A stretch of DNA of 64,000 nt. Origin: Dehalococcoidia bacterium (GTDB taxonomy: Bacteria; Chloroflexota; Dehalococcoidia; Bin125). The number at the start of each line of letters is the position of its first letter. The first letter of the stretch is position 1. The notes beneath the pieces are model-generated. The model searched no databases and was not told the origin of the DNA. It saw nothing but the letters and a program-made list of their open reading frames with translations. Shown piece after piece: positions 8,992-18,663 of this stretch. The stretch lies in the NCBI GenBank assembly GCA_034421135.1, contig DAOUKQ010000110.1, positions 1,104-65,103 of the forward strand. The letters are read 5' to 3'. The position numbers were made by a program, and so were the translations under genes.

Positions 8992-9765
8992 TCAGTCGTA
9001 TTGGGGCTGGTCCTCGATGCCGGGCATGACCCAGGTGACGAGCTCGCCGGGCGGCTCCGCGAAGGTCAGCCCGGCCATGTCGGGCTGGACTCCGCTGAGA
9101 GTGAGTTTGTATTCCTCGATGTACTCGGGATCGCCGCCGACCATGCGGAAGGGTCGGTCGTGGCCGGGGTAGAGGAGGTCGGAGGCGCTCATCACTCGAG
9201 CAATGGACTCGTTGGCCTGGGACTCGCTGTAGAAGACGAGCGGGCTGCGTCCCGCCTTGCCCACGGCGGCGGTGTGCATGGCGTCGCCAGTCAGTCCGGC
9301 AACCCCCGCTTCGGTCTCGACCAGCAGGCCGATGCTGCCGGGCGAGTGTCCCGGCAGGTGAATCACGCGGACACCCTTGGCCAGCTCGTCGCCGTCGTTG
9401 ACCTCGGTCATTGGGTGAGTCTCGATCGCGGCGCCGGTCCATTGCGGGGTGGCCCAGTCATTGACGTGAGGCTCGGACGCGTACTTGCGCTCGTGCGGAT
9501 GGATCGCCATGGGCACGCCGGGGAAGGCGTCGAAATTCTGCACGTGGTCCCAGTGGGCGTGGGTCATGAAGACGAGGTCGATGTCGGAGACGCCGAGCCC
9601 TCGCGCGGCGAGCTGTTCCTGTAGCTGGACGCGTCGTCCGACGTGGGCGGTGTCGACGAGGATGCGGCGTCCGTCGGATTCGACCAGGATCACGGCGCAG
9701 AATGCGGGCGTGCCGGAGTCGGTCCCGAACGAGTAGCCGGGGAGCAGGATGTCTACGGTTGCCAT
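8992..9765 (-). CDS. MBL-fold metallo-hydrolase
   Basis: Metallo-beta-lactamase motif THAHWDH plus downstream His/Asp ligands (HLPGHSPGS, GHD). 257 aa. Confidence 0.85.
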   Translation of the reverse strand: MATVDILLPGYSFGTDSGTPAFCAVILVESDGRRILVDTAHVGRRVQLQEQLAARGLGVSDIDLVFMTHAHWDHVQNFDAFPGVPMAIHPHERKYASEPHVNDWATPQWTGAAIETHPMTEVNDGDELAKGVRVIHLPGHSPGSIGLLVETEAGVAGLTGDAMHTAAVGKAGRSPLVFYSESQANESIARVMSASDLLYPGHDRPFRMVGGDPEYIEEYKLTLSGVQPDMAGLTFAEPPGELVTWVMPGIEDQPQYD

Positions 9766-9809
9766 TTCTAGGAGTCCTTGCGTTGTGACTCAGGTGGTCG
9801 AGGAAACGG

Positions 9810-11063
9810 CTAGTCGCCAGATCCTGCCGCAGCGCCAGCCGCCACGCGGGCCTGGGCGGCTTCGTCGTAGCTGATGCTGACCGGGGGCTCGGAGTCGAAC
9901 GGACCGTCAAGGTCGAGCTCGGCGCCCATGTCTCGCAGCGCGGGCATGACTTCGGTGCCGAGCAGCTCGATGCAGCGCATCGAGTCCTCGTGCGTTACTC
10001 GGCCGTCGTTGCCCCAGAGAGCGAGGATGCCGGGTCGGGTCTCTTCGAGGATCGTGCGCAGTTTGCGGATGCACTCGTCCGGCGTGCCGGCGATGATCTG
10101 CATGTTCTCGATCTGGTTGTCGAAGGACTGCGCTCGCGGCGGCGGCCGGCGTCCGTTCATGACTTCGACCAGCGCCTCGCGGTTGCGCGGCGATGCGTAG
10201 CCCGCAGGGTTCGACCAGACCGGGTGCGCGAGTCCGGTGAACTCGCCCTGCATCCACATGAACTGCGAGGCGTTCTCCAGCGCCTTCTCGGTCGTGTCGG
10301 CGACGTGGACGCGGAGCAGGTAGCCGCGGTTCTCGGGGCCCGGGTCGTAGCCGACCTCATGGGCTGCGTCGTCGTAGGTGTTCCAGATGCGCTTGGTCGC
10401 CTCGATCGTCGTGTTGAGCGCGATGTAGGGGTAGCGGTGCTTGGCCGCCCAGACCACGGTCTCGCGCGAGAGCACGCCAGGAATCCAGATGCGCGGGTGC
10501 GGCTGCTGCATCGGCAGCGCCCAGGGGTTGACCACGCGGTGCTGGTAGTGCCGACCCTCCCAACGGAATGGGCCGGGCCGCGTCCAGGCCTCGACGATCA
10601 GGTCGTGGGCTTCCTCGAATCGCTCACGGTTGTAGGCCGGGTTGACGCCGGTGGCGAGCTGCTCGGTGCCGCCGCCGCGGACGAATCCGGAGACCAGCCG
10701 GCCGCCGGAGATCATATCGATCATGGCCAGCTCTTCGGCCAGGCGGATCGGGTTCTCGGCCAACGGCAGTGGATTGCCCAGCAGGACAATCTTGACGCGC
10801 TCGGTGGCGCCGGCCAGCACCGAGGCCCAGATGTTGCACTTGGCCTGCATGCAGAAGGGCGCGTTGTGGTGCTCGTTGAGCATGATCCCGTCAACGCCGA
10901 CTTCCTCGGCCAGCTTGTATTCGGTCAGCCGATGGTTGTAGAGCTCCGAGCCGGCGACGGGGTCGAAATTGGAGTTGGAGAACAGCAGGGCGGTCACGCC
11001 CTCCTCGGCGGCGTGCTCGTCGTAGGCCGACATCGGCTGCTCGGTGAAATACATCAGGTGCAT
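9810..11063 (-). CDS. LLM-class flavin/F420-dependent oxidoreductase (luciferase-like monooxygenase family)
   Basis: Start trimmed to MHLMYFTEQPM… with an AAGGAG RBS. Long LLM-like TIM-barrel protein. Confidence 0.85.
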   Translation of the reverse strand: MHLMYFTEQPMSAYDEHAAEEGVTALLFSNSNFDPVAGSELYNHRLTEYKLAEEVGVDGIMLNEHHNAPFCMQAKCNIWASVLAGATERVKIVLLGNPLPLAENPIRLAEELAMIDMISGGRLVSGFVRGGGTEQLATGVNPAYNRERFEEAHDLIVEAWTRPGPFRWEGRHYQHRVVNPWALPMQQPHPRIWIPGVLSRETVVWAAKHRYPYIALNTTIEATKRIWNTYDDAAHEVGYDPGPENRGYLLRVHVADTTEKALENASQFMWMQGEFTGLAHPVWSNPAGYASPRNREALVEVMNGRRPPPRAQSFDNQIENMQIIAGTPDECIRKLRTILEETRPGILALWGNDGRVTHEDSMRCIELLGTEVMPALRDMGAELDLDGPFDSEPPVSISYDEAAQARVAAGAAAGSGD

Positions 11064-11123
11064 GGATAGGCTCCTTCGGTGCGGTGTCGTGGGGCAGTCT
11101 AGCGGTCGGGATGGGCTGAGTCG

Positions 11124-11402
11124 GTGATCACCCACTTCGCCGACCGACGGCTGCAAGCCTTCCACTTGCGCAGCGATGGGCGTCGCCTGCCGCCGCATCT
11201 CCTGGGCCGCCTAGGCGTCGTGCTTGACCGCATGGACGACGCTGCGATACCGCAGGAACTCGACCTACCCGGCTACCGCTTACATCAGCTCTCCGGGGAC
11301 CTGGCGGGATTCTGGTCGATCCGCATCAGCGCCAACTGGCGAGTGATCTTCCGCTTCGACGGGCGCGATATCGTTGACGTACGCTTTGTGGACTACCACT
11401 GA
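11124..11402 (+). CDS. higB: type II toxin HigB (plasmid-maintenance killer protein family)
   Basis: GTG start. …LPGYRLHQLSGDLAGFWSIRISANWRVIFRFDGRDIVDVRFVDYH matches the HigB C-terminal consensus, including the terminal DYH. Confidence 0.85.
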   Translation: MITHFADRRLQAFHLRSDGRRLPPHLLGRLGVVLDRMDDAAIPQELDLPGYRLHQLSGDLAGFWSIRISANWRVIFRFDGRDIVDVRFVDYH

Positions 11403-11413
11403 GGAACGATGCC

Positions 11414-11698
11414 ATGACCCGAGCCAATCCATCGCATCCCGGCGCATCAATCCGCGAGGACTGCATCGAGGCGCTCGGGCTCACCATCGCGGAGGCGGCG
11501 GAGCACCTCAAGGTGGAAGAAGAAGCGCTTGCCGCGATCTGCGAGGAGCGCGCACCGATCACGCCGGATATGGCGGTGCGGTTCGAGCAGGCGTTCGGCA
11601 GCACGGCAGAATTCTGGCTGCGAGCCCAGACAAGCCACGACCTCGCCCGAGTCCGGCGTTCCTGCGAGAAGATCGAGCGGATCGAGGTCGCCGCCTAG
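11414..11698 (+). CDS. higA: antitoxin HigA (XRE-type HTH)
   Basis: 94 aa immediately downstream of higB. The HTH segment …IEALGLTIAEAAEHLKVEEEALAAI… is typical of HigA. Confidence 0.85.
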   Translation: MTRANPSHPGASIREDCIEALGLTIAEAAEHLKVEEEALAAICEERAPITPDMAVRFEQAFGSTAEFWLRAQTSHDLARVRRSCEKIERIEVAA

Positions 11699-13596
11699 CG
11701 CCCGCAGCGGGCGAGGTTGGGCTGGACCGGGGTATCGAAGAGTCCGTCGAGGTCGAAGCTGGCGGTGTAGTAGCTATTGGTGTCGTCTCGCGCGTGCGAC
11801 TGGACGGTGAAAGTTCCGTGCGTCTGCGCGGCCCAGGCGAGCGCGGCCACCAAGTCAGCGGCCTCCTCGCGGCCGGTCCACTTGTACTCCGTATCGCCCC
11901 ATGTACCCCAACCGGATATCCACTCTTCAGTTTGCACGTCGCCGTCGCTGAGGCGGTACAGAATCGTCCAGTCCAGGTCTTGAGCAACATCCCAGTAAAC
12001 ATTCACTTCGAGTTGATCGCCTTCACACTGAACGGATAGTCGCGCCGTGCTTCGGGTTTGGCCAATAACGGAATCCATTGCGACATAGGACCGAAGTTCG
12101 TCGCTCTCTTCATCGACGTGCGCGGCCCACCACATGTAATCATCGCCGCCCCAGCCTGTGTACAATCCGGCTGCTTCGTGGTCAGCGTGTTCCGACATGG
12201 CGCCGGAGGCGGAGTTGCACATCTGCTGTCGGGTGGGACCCTGCCAGCCGTCGCAGAACAGTTCACCGATCACCTGACGTGCCTCGCTAAACCTCGTTTG
12301 AATGGGTGGACGCGAGGCAACCTCGATCCCGTGACGTTCGGCATCGTCCCGGGCGGCTTGGACGTCGGCGATCTGGAAGTACCGGTCCCAGAGTTCCAGC
12401 AGCATGGCGGTGAACTGACCGCCGTGCCCGGCATCTCTGATGTTCGATCGATCAATGATCGAATGCGCGAGCTCGTGCACGACCGGCCCCAACGTTTGCA
12501 CCCTTGTTCCGAGTACAATCTCGTTTCGATCGGCGTGCCCGTGAGCTTGATCGTAAGTGAATGTCACAGTCGGAGGCGCAGCGAATCGGTAGTAGTCGCT
12601 CCAGATAGCATTGACGACCGCCTGCGCCTCGGAGCGAGTTACTTCAATCTGATCCAGCGATGCGCCAACATGACGCGACTCCCAGGCATAGGCGGCGTTC
12701 TGCTGCACATCACAATCCGAGGTTGGGCAAATGGTGAGCAGTGGATCGCTCCCATGACACTCCTCTGTGGCTGTGTCCACCAAAATGTGCTCAGTCACGA
12801 TGCGTAGATCCAGCACTCCACATCGCGTGCGGTAGACACGACCGTCAACTGCTAGTTCAAACTCGCCATCTCGCGTGCTGATTGCGGCGCCACGACGCAG
12901 CACACCGAAGACGTGCCCAGGCAACACCGGCAACTGGAGAGCCGATGTGTATCGCCATGCGCTGCGAGAGAGTGCGGTCAGCACCGAACGGTCCGGTTGG
13001 CGCAGGGCCTCCCATTGACCGCCAACCAGGCGTTGCGCGCCCAACTCAATCCCTCCCGTTGACAGACGCCGCGCCGCGACACGCAGCACCTGGGCGCCAA
13101 CATCTGTCGGATCTGCCAATTCGGGCGGTTCCACTGTGACGATCTCTTCGCAGTCCCGCGAGCCGGTCTGCATCTCGAGTCCGGATTCCTTCAGCGACAA
13201 GATCAGGCGTCCGCAGCGTGCACGGTAGCGGGAGTCGCCGAAAGCCACCGTGAACTGGTCGGGGCCGTCAACGGCAGTCCAGGCTCGATTGCGCAATCCG
13301 ATCTCGACACTGGCCTGAACCACCTCTATCTCTGTCGCCGAGGTCGTGTACCAGTGTTCGAAGCCGGCAGATGCCGGCAGAATGTGTCTCGTTGGTGTGA
13401 CGGAGCGCCAGGCGCCATCGTGGCGGTACTGCAGTCCGACCGAGACAGCACCATTGCCGAAGTCCCGGGCGGCCAGGCGGACTTCGGCGCCTGCAGAAGG
13501 CGACTGAGCAGAAAGCGTGTGATTGAACAGCAGCAAAGCAGTTAACGACAACGCCCAGACGAGCGTAAGGCGGATGATCCTCATGTGCCCGAGCAC
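11695..13596 (-). CDS. secreted hypothetical protein with HExxH zinc-metallopeptidase-like motif and tandem N-terminal repeats
   Basis: Signal peptide (MRIIRLTLVWALSLTALLLF…SAQS). Two repeats of about 90 aa each (…DFGNGAVSVGLQYRHDGAW…YRARCGRLILSL / …LSTGGIELGAQRLVGGQW…YRTRCGVLDLRI), then VVHELAHSI. GC about 52-55%. Confidence 0.65.
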   Translation of the reverse strand: MLGHMRIIRLTLVWALSLTALLLFNHTLSAQSPSAGAEVRLAARDFGNGAVSVGLQYRHDGAWRSVTPTRHILPASAGFEHWYTTSATEIEVVQASVEIGLRNRAWTAVDGPDQFTVAFGDSRYRARCGRLILSLKESGLEMQTGSRDCEEIVTVEPPELADPTDVGAQVLRVAARRLSTGGIELGAQRLVGGQWEALRQPDRSVLTALSRSAWRYTSALQLPVLPGHVFGVLRRGAAISTRDGEFELAVDGRVYRTRCGVLDLRIVTEHILVDTATEECHGSDPLLTICPTSDCDVQQNAAYAWESRHVGASLDQIEVTRSEAQAVVNAIWSDYYRFAAPPTVTFTYDQAHGHADRNEIVLGTRVQTLGPVVHELAHSIIDRSNIRDAGHGGQFTAMLLELWDRYFQIADVQAARDDAERHGIEVASRPPIQTRFSEARQVIGELFCDGWQGPTRQQMCNSASGAMSEHADHEAAGLYTGWGGDDYMWWAAHVDEESDELRSYVAMDSVIGQTRSTARLSVQCEGDQLEVNVYWDVAQDLDWTILYRLSDGDVQTEEWISGWGTWGDTEYKWTGREEAADLVAALAWAAQTHGTFTVQSHARDDTNSYYTASFDLDGLFDTPVQPNLARCGR

Positions 13597-13607
13597 TGAT
13601 CGGACCG

Positions 13608-14300
13608 CTACTCCGAGTCGGCTGCGGCTTCGGCGGCTTCAGCCTGGTCGAGGAGCTCCCAGATTGGAATGAAGTCGAAGCTGAAACCGTCGATGGGGCC
13701 TTCGCCCGGGACGACGGTGGGGCGGTTGAGCTGCTCGGGGTCCTGGCCCGGTCGGTAAATCCAGAGATCGCGGTTGTGTGGATCGACGAGCCAACCGAGT
13801 TGCGCGCCGAAGCGGAGCCAGTCGCCCATGCGACCCTGTTGGCTTCGCAGGGTGTCGCGGGGGGAGCGGACCTCAATGACGAACGCCGGGCAGACGGGCC
13901 AGAATCCGGTGAGCGGCAGGTGACCGCCCATTTCCTCAAGCTGCTCGTCCGTGATCAGGCAGACATCGGGATTGCGCATCGGCTCGCCGCCTTGCGGGTC
14001 AATGACATTGAAGCTGGCGTCTGCGCCGCCCACGATCCAACCTAGCGACTTCGCCCACGGATGTAGCGCCCCGACGAGTTCGGCCACGATCCACCAACTT
14101 GGTCCGCCGGATCCCATGTTCACCACCAATTCGCCGTAGTGACCGCGTTCGAGCTTCCATTCGGGGTTGAGTTGGCCCAGGTGCTCCAGCACATCGTCGG
14201 TCAGGGCCCAGTCTTCCGGCAGGCGCAGCGCGAGAACGCCCCAGTGCTCGGGCGCCGGCTGTGTCTGCGGCTTGTGCGGGGCTGCAAGCGTGGTGGTCAT
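13608..14300 (-). CDS. Uma2-family (DUF820) putative endonuclease
   Basis: 230 aa with the Uma2 pattern (…LPLTGFWPVCPAFVIEVRSP…WIYRPG…), paralogous to 25233..25946 and 26006..26689. Confidence 0.8.
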   Translation of the reverse strand: MTTTLAAPHKPQTQPAPEHWGVLALRLPEDWALTDDVLEHLGQLNPEWKLERGHYGELVVNMGSGGPSWWIVAELVGALHPWAKSLGWIVGGADASFNVIDPQGGEPMRNPDVCLITDEQLEEMGGHLPLTGFWPVCPAFVIEVRSPRDTLRSQQGRMGDWLRFGAQLGWLVDPHNRDLWIYRPGQDPEQLNRPTVVPGEGPIDGFSFDFIPIWELLDQAEAAEAAADSE

Positions 14301-14339
14301 GGGCGACGACGCCTTCCATTCATGACCTCAGTGTACGGA

Positions 14340-15104
14340 CTAGGCAACGATCGCCTCGGCGAGCGCTTCGGCGGCGTCGGATTCGAGGTTGTGGCCTCCG
14401 GGGATTTCGATGAGTTCGGCGTCTCCGAGCAGTTCGACGTACTGCTGGGCGGCGGCGGCGGGGACGACGCTGTCTCCGGTCCCTCGAATCACCTTGCTCT
14501 TGACGGTCACGTTCTTGAGCAGGTGCGGCAAGGTCTGGCTGTAGAGGAAGGGCCGCCAGGCGACCCTAGCGGTCATCTCGCGGTTTGCGTCCCAGTCGAT
14601 CAGTTGCTCGGTGGAGACTTCTTCTCCGTAAAGGGCGTCGAATGTGGCGGGGTCGGCGAAGCAGGACTTGACGTAGTCGGCGTGGGCCTCGAGGAACTGG
14701 TCGCGGATTTCGCCTTCGCTGGGCTGCAGGCCCATCGCGTTGACGAGGACGAGGCTCGTGATTCGCGACTGGTTGGCCGTCGCCATTTCTGCGGCGATGT
14801 AGCCGCCGAAGCCGAGACCGACGACGGTCGCGTTGCCGACGCCGAGTTCGTCCAGGACGAGGGAGCAGACCGCAGCGAGATCGCGGACGCTGCGCATCCA
14901 GTCGCCGCGCTCGGTGCCGTCCCAGCCGGGCAGCGTGGGTAGAATGACATCGTTGCTGGCCGAGAGCGCGTTGTGGAACTCGAGCCAGCCGGGATTCCCG
15001 GTCTCGTGATGAATGACGAGGATGCTGGGGCCGTCGCCGCCGCGGCGGACCTGGATCGGGAGGCCGGCGACCTCGATGGTGGACTCGGTGTACCCGTCGG
15101 ACAT
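14340..15104 (-). CDS. alpha/beta hydrolase fold protein
   Basis: Start trimmed to MSDGYTEST… with a GAGAGG RBS. GLGFGG nucleophile-elbow-like motif. An a/b-hydrolase-length protein. Confidence 0.75.
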   Translation of the reverse strand: MSDGYTESTIEVAGLPIQVRRGGDGPSILVIHHETGNPGWLEFHNALSASNDVILPTLPGWDGTERGDWMRSVRDLAAVCSLVLDELGVGNATVVGLGFGGYIAAEMATANQSRITSLVLVNAMGLQPSEGEIRDQFLEAHADYVKSCFADPATFDALYGEEVSTEQLIDWDANREMTARVAWRPFLYSQTLPHLLKNVTVKSKVIRGTGDSVVPAAAAQQYVELLGDAELIEIPGGHNLESDAAEALAEAIVA

Positions 15105-15196
15105 GATGGCGGCCTCTCGCTGGTTCGTCGGAATTGCGCTGTCGTGCGGCATGGTAAGGCAGGTCCGCTGATACCCTCGGGCCAAGAGAGCGGCAA

Positions 15197-15250
15197 GGCC
15201 CTCACCCCAGCCCTCTCCCTCAGGGAGAGGGGGTCAGCGACTGAGGTTTT
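15197..15250. repeat. MITE-like repeat fragment (copy B, half element)
   Basis: ggccctcaccccagccctctccctcagggagagggggtcagcgactgaggtttt. It carries the ccctctccc/gggagaggg palindrome and the ggtgaggg module. It lies in the divergent intergenic region between the hydrolase and pepN. Confidence 0.45.
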
Positions 15251-15253
15251 GAC

Positions 15254-17833
15254 ATGCCAGACACGACGACGGACACATTGAATGTGCTGAGCGAAGCCGA
15301 AGCGCAAGAGCGGGCTGGGCGCGTGTCTGGTGTTGGGTACACGCTGGAGCTGAGCTTGACCAAAGGATCGCCAAGCTATGAAGGATCGCTGAGCGTTCGC
15401 TTTGCGCTCTCGGATCCGTCGGCCGGTACGTTCCTCGACTGCACGTCGAAATCGATCGACTCGCTGACGGTCAACGGTTCGACGGTCGATGTGAAGCATG
15501 AGCGCAATCGGTTGTATCTGGACGGCGCCGACCTGGCAGCGACGAATGTGGTCGAGATTTCGTACACCAACGAGTACGACCACATTGGCGCCGGGTTGCA
15601 CCAGTTTGTCGACCCCGAGGACGGCGAGGAGTACCTGTACACGCACTTCGAGCCTTATGACGCGCACCGCTTGCTGCCCTGCTTCGACCAGCCCGACATC
15701 AAGGCGTCGCTCGATCTGACGGTGACCGCTCCGACTGAGTGGGAAGTCGCAGCCAACTATCCGGTGGTGTCGTCATCAGACGCCGGCGCGGGCCGAACGA
15801 CGCACACTCTCACCGAGACTCCGCGGATCTCGACGTATCTGTTTGCCTTCATCGCTGGACCGTACAAGCGCTACGAAGACACGTGGTCGGACGCGGCGGG
15901 GGAGACGTCGCTGGGTGTGCTCTGCCGGGAATCGATTGCTCCTTACTTCGATCCGGACGAGTTCTTCCAGGTCACGCGCGACGGGCTGACGTTTTTCTCG
16001 GAGTTCTTTGACTTCCGCTATCCGTTCGACAAGTACGACCAGGTCTTTGTGCCCGAGTTCAACATGGGCGCGATGGAGAATGTGGGCTGCATCACCTTCT
16101 CGGAGCGGATGATCTTCCGCGACCCGCCGACGGAGATCCAGCGGCTGAACAGAGCCGAAGTCGTGCTGCACGAGATGGCGCACATGTGGTTCGGCGACCT
16201 CGTCACGATGCGCTGGTGGAACGACCTCTGGCTGAACGAATCGTTCGCGACCTACATGGCCTATCTGGCGATGGAGCACGCGACGCGCTGGTCGGAGAGC
16301 GCCTGGTCGGCGTTCCATGCGCGGATGAAGGCCTGGGCGTATGAGCAGGACCAACTGCCGACGACACACCCGATCGCGGGCGATGTGCCCGACACCGATG
16401 CGACGTTCCTGAACTTCGACGGCATCACCTACGGCAAGGGCGCGGCGGTGCTGAAACAGCTCGTCGCCTTCCTCGGCGCGGATGGCTTCCGCGACGGGAT
16501 GCGCGACTACTTCCAGACGCACGCCTGGGGTAACACGACGCTGGCGGACTTCCTGGCGGCGCTGGAGCGCGGGTCGGGCCGCGAACTGGGGCGCTGGTCG
16601 GAGGCCTGGCTGGAGTCAGCGGGGGTCAACACGATCGCTCCGCAATGGGATGTCGCCGAGGGCTCGGTCAACTCGTTCACGATTCAACAGACCGCGCCGA
16701 CGGAGCATCCAACGCTGCGTCCGCACCGCACTCAGATCGCCGTCTACGACCGCTCCGACGCCGGACCGCAACTGCGCGATGCGCAGCCGGTCGACATCGA
16801 CGGGGCGTCGACGGTGATTGAGGAGTTGTCGGGCGCGCCGGCGCCGGCGGCGGTGTTCCCCAACCATGACGACCACGCGTTCGCCAAGATCGCTCTGGAT
16901 GAGCGCACGCTGGCGTTTGTCCAGGAGGAGCTGGATCGATTTCCGGATGGCTTCCAGCGGTTGCTGCTCTGGCACACGCTGTGGGACATGGTTCGCGACC
17001 AGCAGTTCTCGGCAGCCGAATACGCGGCGCTGGCGACCGACAAGCTGGCCTCGGAGCACACGCTGGAGATCGCACAGACGGTGGCCTACAACGCCTTGCA
17101 CGCGGTCGGTTCGTATCTCCCGGACGACATGCGTCTCGAGAGCGCTGCCGGGTTGTACGCCTTCGCTCGCGAGCAACTGTTCGCCACGTCCGAGCCCGAT
17201 TTCCGCATCATGTGGTCTCGCGTGATGCTGAGTTCCGCGCAGAGCGTCGAGCACATCGCCGAGGCGCTGTCGCTGGTCGACAACGGCACCGGGATCGATG
17301 GTTACGAGCTTGACCAGGACATGCGCTGGTCGCTGATCACCAAGGCGACGGCCTATGGACTCGATGGCGGCTTTGAGCGACTAGAGGCTGAGCTTGAACG
17401 CGACGGTTCCGACCGCGGGCGTCGCGCCGCGGAGCAAATCCGAACGTCTCGGAACGACGCCGACGTGAAGTCGGAGGCCTGGAGCCGCTACCAGGAGGAC
17501 ACGGACACCTCGCTGCAGATGCTGACCGCATCCATGCACGGGTTCTGGTGGAAGCCGCAGGCCGAGCTGCTCACGCCGTACATCGACCGTTTCTTCGACG
17601 AGATTGAGGACGTGTTCGAGAAGAAGGACAAGGAGTACGCCTCGCGCTTCTTCGGCGCGCTGTATCCGGGACAGATGGAGCCGTCGGATCAGATCATCGA
17701 CCGATCGGAGGGGATCCTGCAGGGACTCGGACCGGAGCAGCCGGTCCTCGCGCGGCAACTCCGCGAAGCGGTCGACGAAGCCAAGCGAGCGCGGGCGTGC
17801 CGGGAGTTTGCCAGTTCTCAGGTCAGGAGTTAG
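15254..17833 (+). CDS. pepN: aminopeptidase N (M1 family)
   Basis: 859 aa. HEMAHMWFGDLVTMRWWNDLWLNESFA is the HEXXH-(18)-E gluzincin signature, and GAMEN is also present. Confidence 0.9.
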   Translation: MPDTTTDTLNVLSEAEAQERAGRVSGVGYTLELSLTKGSPSYEGSLSVRFALSDPSAGTFLDCTSKSIDSLTVNGSTVDVKHERNRLYLDGADLAATNVVEISYTNEYDHIGAGLHQFVDPEDGEEYLYTHFEPYDAHRLLPCFDQPDIKASLDLTVTAPTEWEVAANYPVVSSSDAGAGRTTHTLTETPRISTYLFAFIAGPYKRYEDTWSDAAGETSLGVLCRESIAPYFDPDEFFQVTRDGLTFFSEFFDFRYPFDKYDQVFVPEFNMGAMENVGCITFSERMIFRDPPTEIQRLNRAEVVLHEMAHMWFGDLVTMRWWNDLWLNESFATYMAYLAMEHATRWSESAWSAFHARMKAWAYEQDQLPTTHPIAGDVPDTDATFLNFDGITYGKGAAVLKQLVAFLGADGFRDGMRDYFQTHAWGNTTLADFLAALERGSGRELGRWSEAWLESAGVNTIAPQWDVAEGSVNSFTIQQTAPTEHPTLRPHRTQIAVYDRSDAGPQLRDAQPVDIDGASTVIEELSGAPAPAAVFPNHDDHAFAKIALDERTLAFVQEELDRFPDGFQRLLLWHTLWDMVRDQQFSAAEYAALATDKLASEHTLEIAQTVAYNALHAVGSYLPDDMRLESAAGLYAFAREQLFATSEPDFRIMWSRVMLSSAQSVEHIAEALSLVDNGTGIDGYELDQDMRWSLITKATAYGLDGGFERLEAELERDGSDRGRRAAEQIRTSRNDADVKSEAWSRYQEDTDTSLQMLTASMHGFWWKPQAELLTPYIDRFFDEIEDVFEKKDKEYASRFFGALYPGQMEPSDQIIDRSEGILQGLGPEQPVLARQLREAVDEAKRARACREFASSQVRS

Positions 17834-17835
17834 CC

Positions 17836-18615
17836 ATGCACATCACCGCCTGTTACACGTATCCCGTAAAGGGCATGACCACCCATTCGAAGCCTACGTT
17901 GACGCTGCGGCCCGGCGAGTCGGTGGTGGGCGATCGCGCCTTCATCTTCGCCTTCGGCAACGCCGAGATCATGGGCGCGCATGGATGGGTCTCCAAGCGG
18001 CAGTCGGTGACGATGCTGAACACCCCCTACCTGCCGTGGATCGAGTCCGGCTGGAATCCCGACGACCGCGTGTTGACGGTCACGGTGAAGGGTCAGACCA
18101 AGACGGCTGAAGTCGACAATCCGGCCTCCCGTGTCGAGATGGCCGAATGGATGACTGATGTGGTCCTAGGTCTGCCCGAGAACCCGCTGCGCGGACGACC
18201 GGAGCGCGAACCGCTGCAACTGCTCGGCAACGGGGAATCGCGTTTCACCGACCGCGGGCCAACGCAGATTTCCCTGGGCGGTATGGACTCGCTCGCCGAC
18301 TTGTCGAACAAGGCGGGCGTTGATGTCGATATGCGCCGCTTCCGGCTGAACTTCTCGGTGGACGGCGTTGATCGCTGGGACGAATTCGAGTGGGTCGGCA
18401 AGCGGGTGCGGATTGGCGACTCGGTCGAGATTGATGTGACGGCGCCAATCCAGCGTTGCAACGCGGTCAACGCGTCGCCCACCGGCGAGGGTCGGGATAT
18501 GGACCTGATGAAGCTGCTGAACGACGAGTACGGCCACCTCAACTTCGGCGTCGAGGCAAATGTGCTGACCGGCGGCGATGTCCGGGTCGGCGACGAGATC
18601 GTGGTCGTGGACTAA
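17836..18615 (+). CDS. MOSC domain-containing protein (YcbX-like)
   Basis: ATG 2 nt after the pepN stop. MOSC beta-barrel region …RFRLNFSVDG…IQRCNAVN… with a conserved Cys. Confidence 0.8.
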   Translation: MHITACYTYPVKGMTTHSKPTLTLRPGESVVGDRAFIFAFGNAEIMGAHGWVSKRQSVTMLNTPYLPWIESGWNPDDRVLTVTVKGQTKTAEVDNPASRVEMAEWMTDVVLGLPENPLRGRPEREPLQLLGNGESRFTDRGPTQISLGGMDSLADLSNKAGVDVDMRRFRLNFSVDGVDRWDEFEWVGKRVRIGDSVEIDVTAPIQRCNAVNASPTGEGRDMDLMKLLNDEYGHLNFGVEANVLTGGDVRVGDEIVVVD

Positions 18616-18663
18616 CGGTCCGCTATCCCTCCGTTCACCGGGTGATCGCCTAATCTGGCCGTC

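Noticed and set aside
14600-15667. 355-aa minus-strand ORF overlapping the alpha/beta-hydrolase and pepN genes
   Set aside because: It is Arg/Ser/Pro-rich and antisense to the strongly supported pepN N-terminus and the hydrolase gene. It is a typical high-GC shadow ORF. The same reasoning applies to the other long shadow ORFs at 9990..11069, 54588..55829, 21195..22100, 26434..27690 and 35666..36994.
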